Part shown: positions 47,128 to 57,116 of the stretch, in pieces
How positions within the stretch are numbered: position 1 is the first letter of the stretch
How the letters are laid out: the number at the start of each line of letters is the position of its first letter
Assembly: GCA_963666365.2 (NCBI GenBank)
Contig: CAXXNF010000001.1
Location: 1,221,255 to 1,285,254, forward strand
Reading direction: 5' to 3'
Length of the DNA stretch: 64,000 bases
Source of the DNA: Syntrophales bacterium
Lineage (GTDB): Bacteria > Desulfobacterota > Syntrophia > Syntrophales > UBA2210
Position numbers and translations under genes: made by a program
The notes under the pieces: model-generated
What the model was told of the DNA's origin: nothing
Database searches by the model: none
Seen by the model: the letters and a program-made list of their open reading frames with translations, nothing else

Positions 47128-48795
47128 ATGGAGTATAGGTCATGGCATAAGCATTATGATTTTAACGTCCCTCCATCAATTCGATACCCCCGCATACTCG
47201 TGCAAGATCTAATTCAAATCCCGGCAAATACATATCCAGACAAACCGGCACTTATTTTTGAAGGCCGAGAAATTAATTACTGGGAGCTGAGGCAACAGAC
47301 ACTTCGATTTGCGAATGCATTATCTCGATTGGGAATCAGCAAGGGAGAGAGGGTCGGGATTCATTTACCTACCTGCCCTCAATATATTATAGCCTATTAT
47401 GCTGTCCTGTCACTGGGAGCGATCGTTGTTAATTTGAACCCTCTCTATACCGTAGAAGAGTTGCAAGGCACAGCACATGCGACGGGAATGTCGTCTCTTA
47501 TTACTTCGGATATGTCACTTGCCACATCTCGCATTCTTGCCAAATCGGCTGACATCAGAAAGGTTGTTGTGACCAGGGTTTCCGATTATGCAGGGAATCG
47601 AGTACATTCATCAGAATCATCCCTGGAACTCGAACCCGGATGGCATTTGTTTGATAAAATCCTTGAAAGCTGCAGCGATACACGAAAGCCTCGCGTGAAT
47701 GTGAATTCGGGAGATATCGCCGTGATTCAATTTACTGGGGGAACCACAGGCATTCCAAAGGGCGCCATGTTAAGTCATGAAAACATTATTGCCGCAACAG
47801 TGCAGTACTCTTTCTGGCTATCTTCGCTTTTACAGCTTATCCCACCGGAACGTCGTTCAGTTCTGGTTATTCTGCCTCTTTATCACGTATATGGGAATCT
47901 GGTGATGAATTGGTCTATTTTCAATTGTGCCATGCAGATTCTGGTGCCCCGATTTCAGATTGACGAACTGATAGATCTGATGGCGGGTTTTAAAGAAATA
48001 TCCTTTTTCCCAACAGTGGCAACCGTGGTGAGCGCGCTCCTTAACCATCCCAAAATCGACCCTTTGAATCTGGGAAAAAAATTAACCTACATCAATTCAG
48101 GAGGTGGTCCCACTGCACTGAGTCTGATAGAAAAAATAGAGGATATGGGCCTGTATTGCAGCCAAGGGTGGGGCATGAGTGAAACAGCGGCACTTGGCAC
48201 AAATAACCCTATTTTTGGTCCCAAAAAGGTCAACAGCATTGGAATACCTTATCCTGATACAGATATAAGGGTTGTAGACCTGGAAAATGGCGCCGATGAT
48301 GTCCCCAGGGGCAAACCGGGTGAAATTATAATAAAGGGGGCTACTGTAATGAAGGGATATTGGAATAACCCTGAAGGTACTGCGGAACAGATGAAAGACG
48401 GGTGGCTCTACACGGGAGACATTGCCATTCAGGACGACGACGACTTCTTATATATAGTGGATCGCAAAAAGGATATGATCATCTCTGGCGGATTCAACAT
48501 ATATCCGAGAGAAGTGGATGAAGCACTATTCCAGCATCCTAAGATCGAATTTGCTGTTGCCGTGGGGATTCCCGATGATTACCGGGGCGAGACCGTAAAA
48601 GCCTTCATTGTCTTAAAAAAGGGAGAAAAGGCCACCGAAAAGGAAATTATCACCTTTTGTAAGGAAAAACTTGCTCCCTATAAGGTGCCCAGATTTGTTG
48701 AATTTCGAGAATCGCTGCCGCAATCTTCGGTAGGAAAGGTGCTTCGCAAAGAGCTGAGAGCTGAAGAGGAGGCAAGGTTAAAACGAACAAGATAA
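47128..48795 (+). CDS. AMP-dependent (ANL) acyl-CoA ligase (copy 2)
   Basis: IQFTGGTTGIPKGA, GWGMSET, YTGDIAIQDDDDF, SSVGKVLRK. Confidence 0.9.
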   Translation: MEYRSWHKHYDFNVPPSIRYPRILVQDLIQIPANTYPDKPALIFEGREINYWELRQQTLRFANALSRLGISKGERVGIHLPTCPQYIIAYYAVLSLGAIVVNLNPLYTVEELQGTAHATGMSSLITSDMSLATSRILAKSADIRKVVVTRVSDYAGNRVHSSESSLELEPGWHLFDKILESCSDTRKPRVNVNSGDIAVIQFTGGTTGIPKGAMLSHENIIAATVQYSFWLSSLLQLIPPERRSVLVILPLYHVYGNLVMNWSIFNCAMQILVPRFQIDELIDLMAGFKEISFFPTVATVVSALLNHPKIDPLNLGKKLTYINSGGGPTALSLIEKIEDMGLYCSQGWGMSETAALGTNNPIFGPKKVNSIGIPYPDTDIRVVDLENGADDVPRGKPGEIIIKGATVMKGYWNNPEGTAEQMKDGWLYTGDIAIQDDDDFLYIVDRKKDMIISGGFNIYPREVDEALFQHPKIEFAVAVGIPDDYRGETVKAFIVLKKGEKATEKEIITFCKEKLAPYKVPRFVEFRESLPQSSVGKVLRKELRAEEEARLKRTR

Positions 48796-48861
48796 TATTT
48801 TCATTATGGTATGAGCATTAAAGCAACAAAGGATGGTTAGCACTAACAAAAGGAGGAACAA

Positions 48862-50217
48862 ATGGTAAAAAAAAGATTTGAGTGTTCAAAGAATGTTTTT
48901 TGGTCTGTGATGTGTATCTTTCTTCTGATGGGGTTTTTAATTACCGATTCGGTGTGGGCTATGCCAAGCTTTGACCCTAGTAAAATGTCTGACATGTCAG
49001 ATTTTGATCCCAACAATCCAGTTGAGTACTCTGGAGACACTGTCAAAATAGGACTCATGGACACGTTCTCCGGTCCGGCTGCGGGCACTGGGTATCTCTA
49101 TTGGTTGACATCGCACTGGGTTGCCCATGATCTCAACAAGAGAGGGGGCATCATGATTGATGGGAAACTGAAAAAAATACAGATCATCAAAGGCGATACC
49201 CAGGCAAAGCCGGCAGTAACAAAGAAAATTGCAGAAAAACTCTGCCTCATCGACAAGGTTGATGTGTTATGGGGACCGTCAGGGAGTCATCTCGCACTGG
49301 TTATGCAGACTGTTGCAAAAAAATACAAAATTATCTATCAGAACCCCCATAATCAGGCGGATGGCACTATGGATGGGGTAAATTTCAATAGATATACGTT
49401 TCGCACCTGTCTGAATTCAAGCATGTTCGGTCTTGCTATGGCCTACTATTATTCCAAGCAGCCTGTAACAAAATTTTACATTTTGTGTCAGGATTATTCC
49501 TTTGGTCATGAAATGGCAGATCGCTTTAAGAACGGATTGAAAAAGTATAAACCGGATGCCGTCATTGTTGGAGAGGAATATCACCCACTCTTTATGAAAG
49601 ACTTTGCGCCTTACATGACAAAAATCAAAGGAACTGATGCACAGGTGATTTACACGGGAGACTGGATGCCTGACGGTCCTAATCTGATCCGTCAATCTGT
49701 GGAAATGGGTGTCAATTTACCTGTGGCAAATCTTTACTGCGATGTGCCAGAAGCCTATCAGACCATTGGCGGAGAAGCAGGTCGAGGGCACATAAATGGT
49801 AACGATTATATGATCACTGTGGACACACCAGAAAACAAGTTTTTTGTGAAGCTATGGCATGAGCAGTGGAAGAAATGGGGAAGTCCTTATAATTCTGATC
49901 AGTATAAGCACCCTGGTGGCGTACTGGGATCAACATCAAACCAATATTACTGGCTCTATAGTGTTATCGAAAGGGCCGGCACAACTGACCCTGAAAAGAT
50001 CATTCAGGTATGGGAAGATGACGAATACAAAGGATTTACCGGTGTGATGAAGATGCGGGCCTGTGATCATCAGGTGGTAAAGGATATGTTTGTCACTGAA
50101 TTCGAATATCCCAATCCATGGTTTGAGAATGCTGCCTTTTACGGCAAAACTATGGTGATTCCCTCTGAGTATTGTACCCCTCCAGTTCCGCAGGATCTTG
50201 ACCGGTGCAATAAGTAA
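48862..50217 (+). CDS. LivK-type ABC substrate-binding protein, orphan (copy 2)
   Basis: AAAGGAGG RBS and a signal peptide. Paralogue of 23600..24961. Confidence 0.9.
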   Translation: MVKKRFECSKNVFWSVMCIFLLMGFLITDSVWAMPSFDPSKMSDMSDFDPNNPVEYSGDTVKIGLMDTFSGPAAGTGYLYWLTSHWVAHDLNKRGGIMIDGKLKKIQIIKGDTQAKPAVTKKIAEKLCLIDKVDVLWGPSGSHLALVMQTVAKKYKIIYQNPHNQADGTMDGVNFNRYTFRTCLNSSMFGLAMAYYYSKQPVTKFYILCQDYSFGHEMADRFKNGLKKYKPDAVIVGEEYHPLFMKDFAPYMTKIKGTDAQVIYTGDWMPDGPNLIRQSVEMGVNLPVANLYCDVPEAYQTIGGEAGRGHINGNDYMITVDTPENKFFVKLWHEQWKKWGSPYNSDQYKHPGGVLGSTSNQYYWLYSVIERAGTTDPEKIIQVWEDDEYKGFTGVMKMRACDHQVVKDMFVTEFEYPNPWFENAAFYGKTMVIPSEYCTPPVPQDLDRCNK

Positions 50218-50247
50218 TCACTGGAGGAAAAAGTTTCCTTGCTACTT

Positions 50248-50289
50248 GTCCTGTTCGGATGTCTTCATTCTGACAGAACCGAACAGGAC
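50248..50289. terminator. hairpin between convergent genes
   Basis: GTCCTGTTCGG ... CCGAACAGGAC (11-bp stem, 20-nt loop). Only a weak T-tract follows. Confidence 0.4.
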
Positions 50290-50319
50290 AGCCTTCTTCT
50301 CTGTCATTGCTCATTCCCA

Positions 50320-50694
50320 CTACGCCGCCTTCGGCAGATGCGGTTCTCGCCACGAATCGGGAGTCAGCGGCGCCATTCCCCAGGCGGCGCGGGCCTTGTC
50401 ACAGCGAGGATTGTGCAGGCCGTTCTCCCAGGATGGGGAAAAGGAACGGCAGATTGATGACCTGGAAGGATAGATGCTGCAGTAGACCGCAGACCCGATG
50501 GTCCCTTGAAGGGCGACACAACGGGGATTCGCACCCCGTGTCCCCCTCATAAGAACGCGAAACTCATCCATTTTCTCCGTAAGAGCCACGGGAACGCCGC
50601 CGGCGGTCCCCTCTTCGGTTTCAGCCCAGTAGAAGGATGCCCGGTAAAAGGCGCAGCAGGCGCCGCAGGTAAGGCAGGGGTTGACAATCTCCAT
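50320..50694 (-). CDS. YkgJ-family cysteine-cluster protein
   Basis: CLTCGACCAFY N-terminal CxxCxxCC motif and a later C...C. 124 aa. Confidence 0.8.
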   Translation of the reverse strand: MEIVNPCLTCGACCAFYRASFYWAETEEGTAGGVPVALTEKMDEFRVLMRGTRGANPRCVALQGTIGSAVYCSIYPSRSSICRSFSPSWENGLHNPRCDKARAAWGMAPLTPDSWREPHLPKAA

Positions 50695-50958
50695 ATAAAA
50701 GCCGCTCCTTCAGGACCGATGGTGAAAATCGCGCAGACTATACTCTTCTTTTTACAATTCACAAGCATTATTTTTATGATGCCGCCTTCGGGAACCCCCA
50801 TGGTAACTCACTTCTTAACTGTAAAAATATAGTTGTGGTTTTCTCCTTCGGTTTCTGCTACAAAGCACCGCTTATATCTTGAAGGCATCTCAAGATAAAA
50901 TGAAACACAGACATTGAATGCAGGTGCCGCAGAAGGCACTACTTTATAAAGGTACACT

Positions 50959-52767
50959 ATGAGAAAAGAAACCATCAGAAATATCGCAATTATCGCACAC
51001 GTCGATCACGGAAAGACTACGCTGGTCGACGGAATGCTGAAACAGAGCGGCATCTTCCGGGACAACCAGCAGGTGGCCGAACGGGTCATGGATTCCATGG
51101 ATCTGGAACGGGAGCGCGGCATCACCATCATGGCAAAAAACACGGCCGTCTGGTACGGCGACACAAAGATCAACATTGTCGATACGCCGGGGCACGCCGA
51201 CTTCGGCGGCGAAGTTGAACGAAGCCTCAATATGGTAGACGGCGCGCTCCTTCTGGTGGATGCCAGCGAAGGACCGCTTCCGCAGACCCGCTTCGTCGTA
51301 AAAAAGGCCCTCGCCAAGGCACTGCCCATTATCGTGGTGATCAACAAAATCGACCGCAGTGACGCCCGCATCGACGAGGTGGTCAACGAAATCTACGATC
51401 TCTTCATCGATCTTGACGCAACGGAATCGCAGATAGAGTTTCCCATTTTTTACACAAACGCAAAAACGGGCGTGGCCCATACCGTGCCGGGGGATGACTC
51501 CGATTCTCTGCGCCCTCTTTTTGAAGCAATTCTTTCCTATATTCCCGGTCCCGAAACCGACGACGACGCCGTTCCCCAATTTCTGATAACCAATCTCGAG
51601 TACGACGCCTACGTGGGACAGATAGCCGTGGGGAGATTGTCAATGGGAATGCTGGAAATGCAAAAATTCTACGCCCTTTGCGGCGCCGAAGAAACGACAA
51701 AGAACATAAAATTTTCCGCCCTCTATACCTTCGACGGCCTGGGCAGGGTAGCCATCGACCTCGCAGAGGCGGGCGACATCATTGCGCTGGCAGGCGTCCC
51801 CCAGGTGGCTATCGGCGACACGATTTCCGCGGCGGAGAATCCTCTGCCGCTTCCGCGCATTAATGTGGACGAACCGACGGTCGCAATGATTTTTTATGTC
51901 AACACCAGCCCCACGGCGGGCAAGGAAGGAAAATTCCTCACCTCGCGCCACCTCGGCGATCGTCTTCAGAAGGAAACGCTTCACAACGTCGCATTAAAGG
52001 TCAAATTGCTCGAGCGAAAAGACATGTTCGAAGTTTGCGGTCGCGGCGAATTGCAAATGGCCGTGCTTATCGAAACCCTTCGTCGCGAAGGATACGAGTT
52101 CATGGTTTCCAAACCGCGGGTCATCACAAAGGAAGAAAAGGGCGCAATCCTCGAACCGGTGGAGCGGCTCCTGATCGACATTCCCGAAGAGTATATCGGA
52201 ACGGTAACGGAAAAACTGGCCGTCAGAAAAGGGCGCATGACCAACCTGGTCAACAAGGGAAGCGGCCGGAGCACCATGGAGTTTCTGATCCCCTCGAGAG
52301 GGTTGATCGGATTCCGCAGCCATTTTATGACCGATACCAAGGGCGCCGGCATCATGAATACGCTTTTCGAAGGGTATCATCCCTGGTTCGGCCCCATTCC
52401 TCAGCGGGCAAACGGCGCCATGGTCGCCGACAGGGCAGGGCGGGTCACCGGCTATGCCTGCTACGCCATGACCGATCGGGGTGAACTGTTTGTAGAGGTG
52501 GGCTCCGATGTCTACGGCGGCATGATCGTAGGGGAACGGAACAAGCCGGGCGACCTTCCGATCAACATCACCAAGGAAAAACATCTCACCAACATGCGAA
52601 GCGCCACCTCCGACGCCACCATCACGCTTCGCCCTCCGCGGCGGCTCTCGCTGGATCAGTCCATTGAGTTCATCGCTGAAGACGAACTCATTGAGGTGAC
52701 CCCCCTGAGCGTGCGCCTGCGGAAAATGGAACTGGACAAGGCGAAGCGGCCTTTGAAAAGCGCATAA
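50959..52767 (+). CDS. typA: translational GTPase TypA/BipA
   Basis: [31 protein letters not shown]. 602 aa. Confidence 0.95.
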   Translation: MRKETIRNIAIIAHVDHGKTTLVDGMLKQSGIFRDNQQVAERVMDSMDLERERGITIMAKNTAVWYGDTKINIVDTPGHADFGGEVERSLNMVDGALLLVDASEGPLPQTRFVVKKALAKALPIIVVINKIDRSDARIDEVVNEIYDLFIDLDATESQIEFPIFYTNAKTGVAHTVPGDDSDSLRPLFEAILSYIPGPETDDDAVPQFLITNLEYDAYVGQIAVGRLSMGMLEMQKFYALCGAEETTKNIKFSALYTFDGLGRVAIDLAEAGDIIALAGVPQVAIGDTISAAENPLPLPRINVDEPTVAMIFYVNTSPTAGKEGKFLTSRHLGDRLQKETLHNVALKVKLLERKDMFEVCGRGELQMAVLIETLRREGYEFMVSKPRVITKEEKGAILEPVERLLIDIPEEYIGTVTEKLAVRKGRMTNLVNKGSGRSTMEFLIPSRGLIGFRSHFMTDTKGAGIMNTLFEGYHPWFGPIPQRANGAMVADRAGRVTGYACYAMTDRGELFVEVGSDVYGGMIVGERNKPGDLPINITKEKHLTNMRSATSDATITLRPPRRLSLDQSIEFIAEDELIEVTPLSVRLRKMELDKAKRPLKSA

Positions 52768-52768
52768 G

Positions 52769-52862
52769 ACAATTCCGGGGACAGTATACATAATTAACTG
52801 CAAATCCCTCCGGTGAAGGGAAACGAGACAGATTGAATTATGTATACTGTCCCCGGAATTGT
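52769..52862. repeat. 27-bp perfect inverted repeat with a nested hairpin (bidirectional terminator or miniature palindromic element)
   Basis: Left arm 52769..52795 ACAATTCCGGGGACAGTATACATAATT. Right arm 52836..52862 is its exact reverse complement. The 40-nt loop contains TCCCT-CCGGTGA-AGGGA. Confidence 0.7.
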
Positions 52863-52866
52863 ACCG

Positions 52867-55089
52867 TTACGGCTCGCACTCTAAACGTTCATTAGTGTCA
52901 TAATCGTACCTGTAGTTACAGGTGTCATCATCGTTGTAATATGTCCATATGCCGCTTCGTACCCAGTTCGTGAACTGTCCCTCGGTCTTGCGAGCTCCGT
53001 TGTCGTACCATTGTTTGTATGGTCCATGCGGCTCGCCGTTGACCCAGTAGGCCTCCTCTTGTATGTTTCCGTTTTTGTACCAGACCGTCCAGAGCCCATC
53101 CCTTGCTTGTTCTTCTCCGGTTCCCCACGTTCCCTCCTCACGCTTTTGCCCGTTATCCCACCAGGTAGTTTCAAGACCCTCCACTTTACCCATATTATAA
53201 TAATACTCTTGATTTTTTACGCCGTTCTCATGCCATGTTGTACGGCGTCCATGAGAGGTGTTTTCATAATAACACTCCGCAACAAGGAGCTGGCTTCGAG
53301 AACTGTCCCACCACAAATAATAGGGCCCGTGTTTTACATACACATAACCATACCCATCGACCCATGTTCTCTCTTTGTAGTAAAATAATTCACTGTTATA
53401 ATCATAAACCAATAACCCGGCAAAGTCCACATCCCACCCGCAGTTATGTTCGTAAGGGGGCGGCTCAATGTCTTTGACATCGCCGCTTTCCTGTAACAGG
53501 AGATCGTCACCGGAAAGATTCGGCAGCAGGGTTCCTGCAGTGGACGCGGTCACCGTAAAGGATGTTTCCGTTTCATTTTCATCCTTGGCCGTATAGTCGC
53601 CGTTGGGCAGCATATTGTCCGGTGAGAGGCGTTTGTAGACCAGATCTTTTCTGATCGATTCGCCTGCGGGATTTTCAGGGCGCTGAACGGCCTGTGTGAG
53701 ATTTCCCCCCGGGGTCTGCAGAATACTGATAATGTGACCCGTGGTATCGACGGTGGTTTTGGTGAAATCGGTCAGATTCGAAATAACCAGTTTCGCCTGG
53801 CCGGTGAAGGCGTCCTTCACCGAAAGCAGGCAGTACCCGTCGTAGGTCAGCCCCTTGGCAATGCTCAACCCGCTCCAGATGGTTTTCGCCGTTTGCAGAT
53901 TTGCCTGCCCGTCGGGACCGAAGGCGCCCTCCAGGGCGGGATTTGTGAGAACGCCCATAATGCCGTCACCGAAGCTGAACCCGCCGTTTATCGCCCCCTG
54001 AATAATATTTTTCCCCTGGGTTCTCAGTATGTAGTCCGCGGTCCTGTACCCCAAGGCGCCCGCCTGGTACATTTTTGTCGTCGTGCGGATTGTCTGGGCG
54101 GCCTTAAACACGCCCAGGGCGGCCTGCCCGCCGGCAACGAACGAAAGGGCCGTGTTGGCCGTATCGGCGGCTATTTTTATTTCCGTGGCCGTCTTTTCCG
54201 CCGCTTCATACTGAATTGCCTTGGCGTTTTCCTGCTCCGCCACGACACTGTAATGTGTCTTCAACACGGAATAGGCCTTCCGGACACTTATTTTATTGCG
54301 CTCGGCAATGGTCTTGACATCGATCTTGTGCCCGCCGGGGGTGGTTTTCCCATAGTTATCGATATACCATTGCAGTTTGGGGTCCACATTCAATTCCAGC
54401 GCTGCGCGGGGCAGTTGCTGCGCTGTCCGTATGTCGGCGGCTTCAATGCCTTCGTGGATGCGAATGATTTCATCATACTTCCCTTCGGCAATTTCGAAGC
54501 TTTTCATCATGGCCCGGTAACGGTTCAACAGCGTCGCCGCAGGGGTGCTTTCGGCCACCATGTAAAAGGAATTATAAAGAATCACACTCTGCAAGTCGGC
54601 CTCATTGGCCGCCACTATCGCCCGGGCCAACGCGTCTTCATCTGCCGGGGAAATGCCCGAGACGGCGCTGTCGCGGGGTGTCAGGGTTTCTTCTTCCAGT
54701 GTTTCGGCAACGGCCAGTTCCGTCGCCGGATCAGCCCAGATCTGTCTGACCACATACTGCATGGAATAGAGCGCGTCGCTCATGTCGATCTTTCCGTCGT
54801 TCGTGACGTCCCGTGCCTGTGGAACCGTCCTTCCGGACACCACCTGGAGCGACATGATCACATCGGCCAATTCCGGCAGGACCAGATCCGCGGCCCGTGC
54901 CGTCGAAGGAAAAAAAAAGAGCGCAAGGGATATGAGGCTGACAAGAATCAGCGCATGTCGAGAAAGTCCCGAAGAACCTCCGGCACGGCGGCGCCCCCTT
55001 GCATGGAACTGAGTGGATGGTCTGTGGTATGGTGGCTGGTCGGAGGGCATGCCCTCCCCATCGAATCCGTCATTTGCGTAACCCGACAT
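52867..55089 (-). CDS. large exported protein: dockerin-like loop, unknown central region, C-terminal MORN/YwqK-type repeats
   Basis: ATG 55089 lies 9 nt after AGGAGG. RGRRRAGG...LILVSLISLALFFFPSTARA signal, DVTNDGKIDMSDALY loop, and C-terminal repeats (WHENGVKNQEYYYNMGKVEG..., WYKNGNIQEEAYWVNGEPHG..., WYDNGARKTEG...). Confidence 0.7.
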   Translation of the reverse strand: MSGYANDGFDGEGMPSDQPPYHRPSTQFHARGRRRAGGSSGLSRHALILVSLISLALFFFPSTARAADLVLPELADVIMSLQVVSGRTVPQARDVTNDGKIDMSDALYSMQYVVRQIWADPATELAVAETLEEETLTPRDSAVSGISPADEDALARAIVAANEADLQSVILYNSFYMVAESTPAATLLNRYRAMMKSFEIAEGKYDEIIRIHEGIEAADIRTAQQLPRAALELNVDPKLQWYIDNYGKTTPGGHKIDVKTIAERNKISVRKAYSVLKTHYSVVAEQENAKAIQYEAAEKTATEIKIAADTANTALSFVAGGQAALGVFKAAQTIRTTTKMYQAGALGYRTADYILRTQGKNIIQGAINGGFSFGDGIMGVLTNPALEGAFGPDGQANLQTAKTIWSGLSIAKGLTYDGYCLLSVKDAFTGQAKLVISNLTDFTKTTVDTTGHIISILQTPGGNLTQAVQRPENPAGESIRKDLVYKRLSPDNMLPNGDYTAKDENETETSFTVTASTAGTLLPNLSGDDLLLQESGDVKDIEPPPYEHNCGWDVDFAGLLVYDYNSELFYYKERTWVDGYGYVYVKHGPYYLWWDSSRSQLLVAECYYENTSHGRRTTWHENGVKNQEYYYNMGKVEGLETTWWDNGQKREEGTWGTGEEQARDGLWTVWYKNGNIQEEAYWVNGEPHGPYKQWYDNGARKTEGQFTNWVRSGIWTYYNDDDTCNYRYDYDTNERLECEP

Positions 55090-55274
55090 GGCTGGCGTTC
55101 CTCCTGAAGCGTAGGATACTTTTTCCCGCACTATAAATGAAATATCCCTTACAGGTCAATGCCTATTTAAGAAACATAGAGGATATATTGCCCCCAAAAC
55201 CGTTATTCTGTATACTGATGTGAAACCGGCTTATAACAAAGGATCGTTCGACCATTCGGAAAGGACGCATTGCC

Positions 55275-56069
55275 ATGGCACACGTTCAGTATTGTTTCTG
55301 GAGTGGCGGCGGTATTCACAGGGGTGCCTTCACATCATCACTATCGGCGCTGCGCGGTCTGTGCCTCGCGATCGCAGGTTGTTGTATGCTCCTGTGGGCA
55401 CTCGATTGTCGGGCCGATGCCGATCCTCCAGATACCTATACCCCGGCGAGAGAACGCATGGTAGTCGAGCAAATCGAAGCCCGGGGAATTCACAACCCGC
55501 AAGTCCTCACTGCCCTGAGAACCGTGAAACGGCATCTCTTTGTTCCCGAGGAACGCCGCGACGAGGCATACGAAGACTATCCCCTCCCAATCGGCGAAGG
55601 ACAAACGATTTCTCAGCCCTACATCGTCGCGTTGATGACGGAAGTGGTCGATCCGAAACCGCATATGAAGGTACTTGAAATCGGGACCGGCTCAGGCTAC
55701 CAGGCGTCGGTACTGGCCGAGGTGTGCGGAAGTGTGTACACGATCGAGATAGTCGAAACACTGGGCAGGCGGGTGGAAAAGATGCTCTCGGAGCTTTATA
55801 AAAACGTGCATGTCAGAATCGGCGATGGCTATCAGGGATGGCCGGAAGCGGCGCCTTTCGACGCGATTCTCGTCACCTGCGCACCGACAAAGGTTCCTCA
55901 ACCGCTTGTGGACCAGCTGAAGGAGGGCGGCAGGATGGTCATTCCCGTGGGAGGCGCCTGGATGCAGAAGTTGGTGGTGCTTACGAAAAAGGAAGGTCGC
56001 ATTCGGGAGCACGCGATCATTCCGGTCCGTTTCGTGCCCATGGTGGATCGCAAAGGAAAAACATATTGA
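55275..56069 (+). CDS. pcm: protein-L-isoaspartate O-methyltransferase with N-terminal hydrophobic extension
   Basis: RHLFVPE...ISQPYIVALM...LEIGTGSGYQ...VPQPLVDQLKEGGRMVIPVG. About 55 extra N-terminal residues include LCLAIAGCCMLLWAL. Confidence 0.85.
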   Translation: MAHVQYCFWSGGGIHRGAFTSSLSALRGLCLAIAGCCMLLWALDCRADADPPDTYTPARERMVVEQIEARGIHNPQVLTALRTVKRHLFVPEERRDEAYEDYPLPIGEGQTISQPYIVALMTEVVDPKPHMKVLEIGTGSGYQASVLAEVCGSVYTIEIVETLGRRVEKMLSELYKNVHVRIGDGYQGWPEAAPFDAILVTCAPTKVPQPLVDQLKEGGRMVIPVGGAWMQKLVVLTKKEGRIREHAIIPVRFVPMVDRKGKTY

Positions 56070-56147
56070 AATAGTGGCGGGAAAAGCAAGGACAAGTCAC
56101 AGGATATTACGGATACTGTTCCCGCACTATTCGTTCCGGGTGAAAAG

Positions 56148-56558
56148 TTAAATTACTGCCGTTGCTTCAATTTCGAGCAACATACCGTCGAACATAAGCC
56201 TCTTGATCTCCACCAGGGTACTTGCCGGATAATAGTCTCCGAAGTATTTGTTATAAATCCGGCTGAGCTCTCTTCCTTGTGACAAAAACGCGTCCCGGTC
56301 GGTGCAGTATACCGTCATTCTGACTATATCGGTCATCTTTGCACCCCCGGCCGCCATTACCTCCTGAATATTTGACAGTATCTGTTCATACTGGCGGCAC
56401 ATGTCCCCTTCGCCCACGAGATTCCCATTGACGTCGGAAGCCCCCTGACCTGCGGCAAACAGAATCGCGCCACCTGCAGTCTTAACCAGATTCGAATATC
56501 CGCGGGGACTTTTCCAGGCCGCTGGATTCAAGACTTCCTTGACAATGCTACTGCTCAT
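56148..56558 (-). CDS. RidA/YjgF-family protein
   Basis: YSNLVKTAGGAILFAAGQ..., ...YYPASTLVEI..., LLEIEATAVI C-terminus. Confidence 0.85.
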   Translation of the reverse strand: MSSSIVKEVLNPAAWKSPRGYSNLVKTAGGAILFAAGQGASDVNGNLVGEGDMCRQYEQILSNIQEVMAAGGAKMTDIVRMTVYCTDRDAFLSQGRELSRIYNKYFGDYYPASTLVEIKRLMFDGMLLEIEATAVI

Positions 56559-56629
56559 ACTTTTTTATCCTCCTTATTAGTATGCAATTTAATAGCAGTG
56601 AAAGGAGGATAAAGTCCAGAAAATAGAAG

Positions 56630-56881
56630 TTATCGCAATTTCCGGAATAGTGCCACAGCCATGCCCGCAATGACCAGCGCCGTAAGTCCGTAGAGAAACA
56701 GGTCGCCCCAACGCGCATAGTCCTCCAGAATTCTCTTGCGCTTCTTGCGAACGATTCCTCCCTCTTTAATCAAACGGGTCGTCTTCTTTCTCGACAACCC
56801 CAGCGCATCCGCCGTCTGGCGAATGCTCAAGCCCTCCACTTCCCGAAGATGACGCACCTGATTCACTAAATGATCCTCCAT
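56630..56881 (-). pseudogene. IS21-family transposase (IstA) N-terminal HTH fragment
   Basis: VRHLREVEGLSIRQTADALGLSRKKTTRLIK...RKKRKRILEDY matches the IstA N-terminus for about 55 aa. It then diverges into a hydrophobic tail, and no DDE domain follows. Confidence 0.45.
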
Positions 56882-56962
56882 TTCCCGAACTCCTTTCCTG
56901 TGGATTCTCTCCCCAATAGGGGCGTCACGGTTCGGTGTAAATCACGCCGCCTCCTTTCGTCC

Positions 56963-57116
56963 ATCTCGTCTTGTATCACCAGCCATGGGTCACAAAAGTA
57001 ATGCCGTCAAGCTTTCGCAGAATGATCTCGTCTTGTATCACCCCCGTCTTCTCTTCCGGGATCAGTAAAGCATACTGCCTTACTGGCTTTGCGCGGGGTC
57101 TCTCGTCTTGTATCAT
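56963..57116. repeat. three direct copies of TCTCGTCTTGTATCA(CC)
   Basis: Copies at 56963..56980, 57025..57042 and 57101..57116. Copies 1 and 2 share 18 identical nt. Copy 1 straddles the stop codon of the 114-aa ORF, so the repeat is DNA-level rather than protein-driven. Confidence 0.8.
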
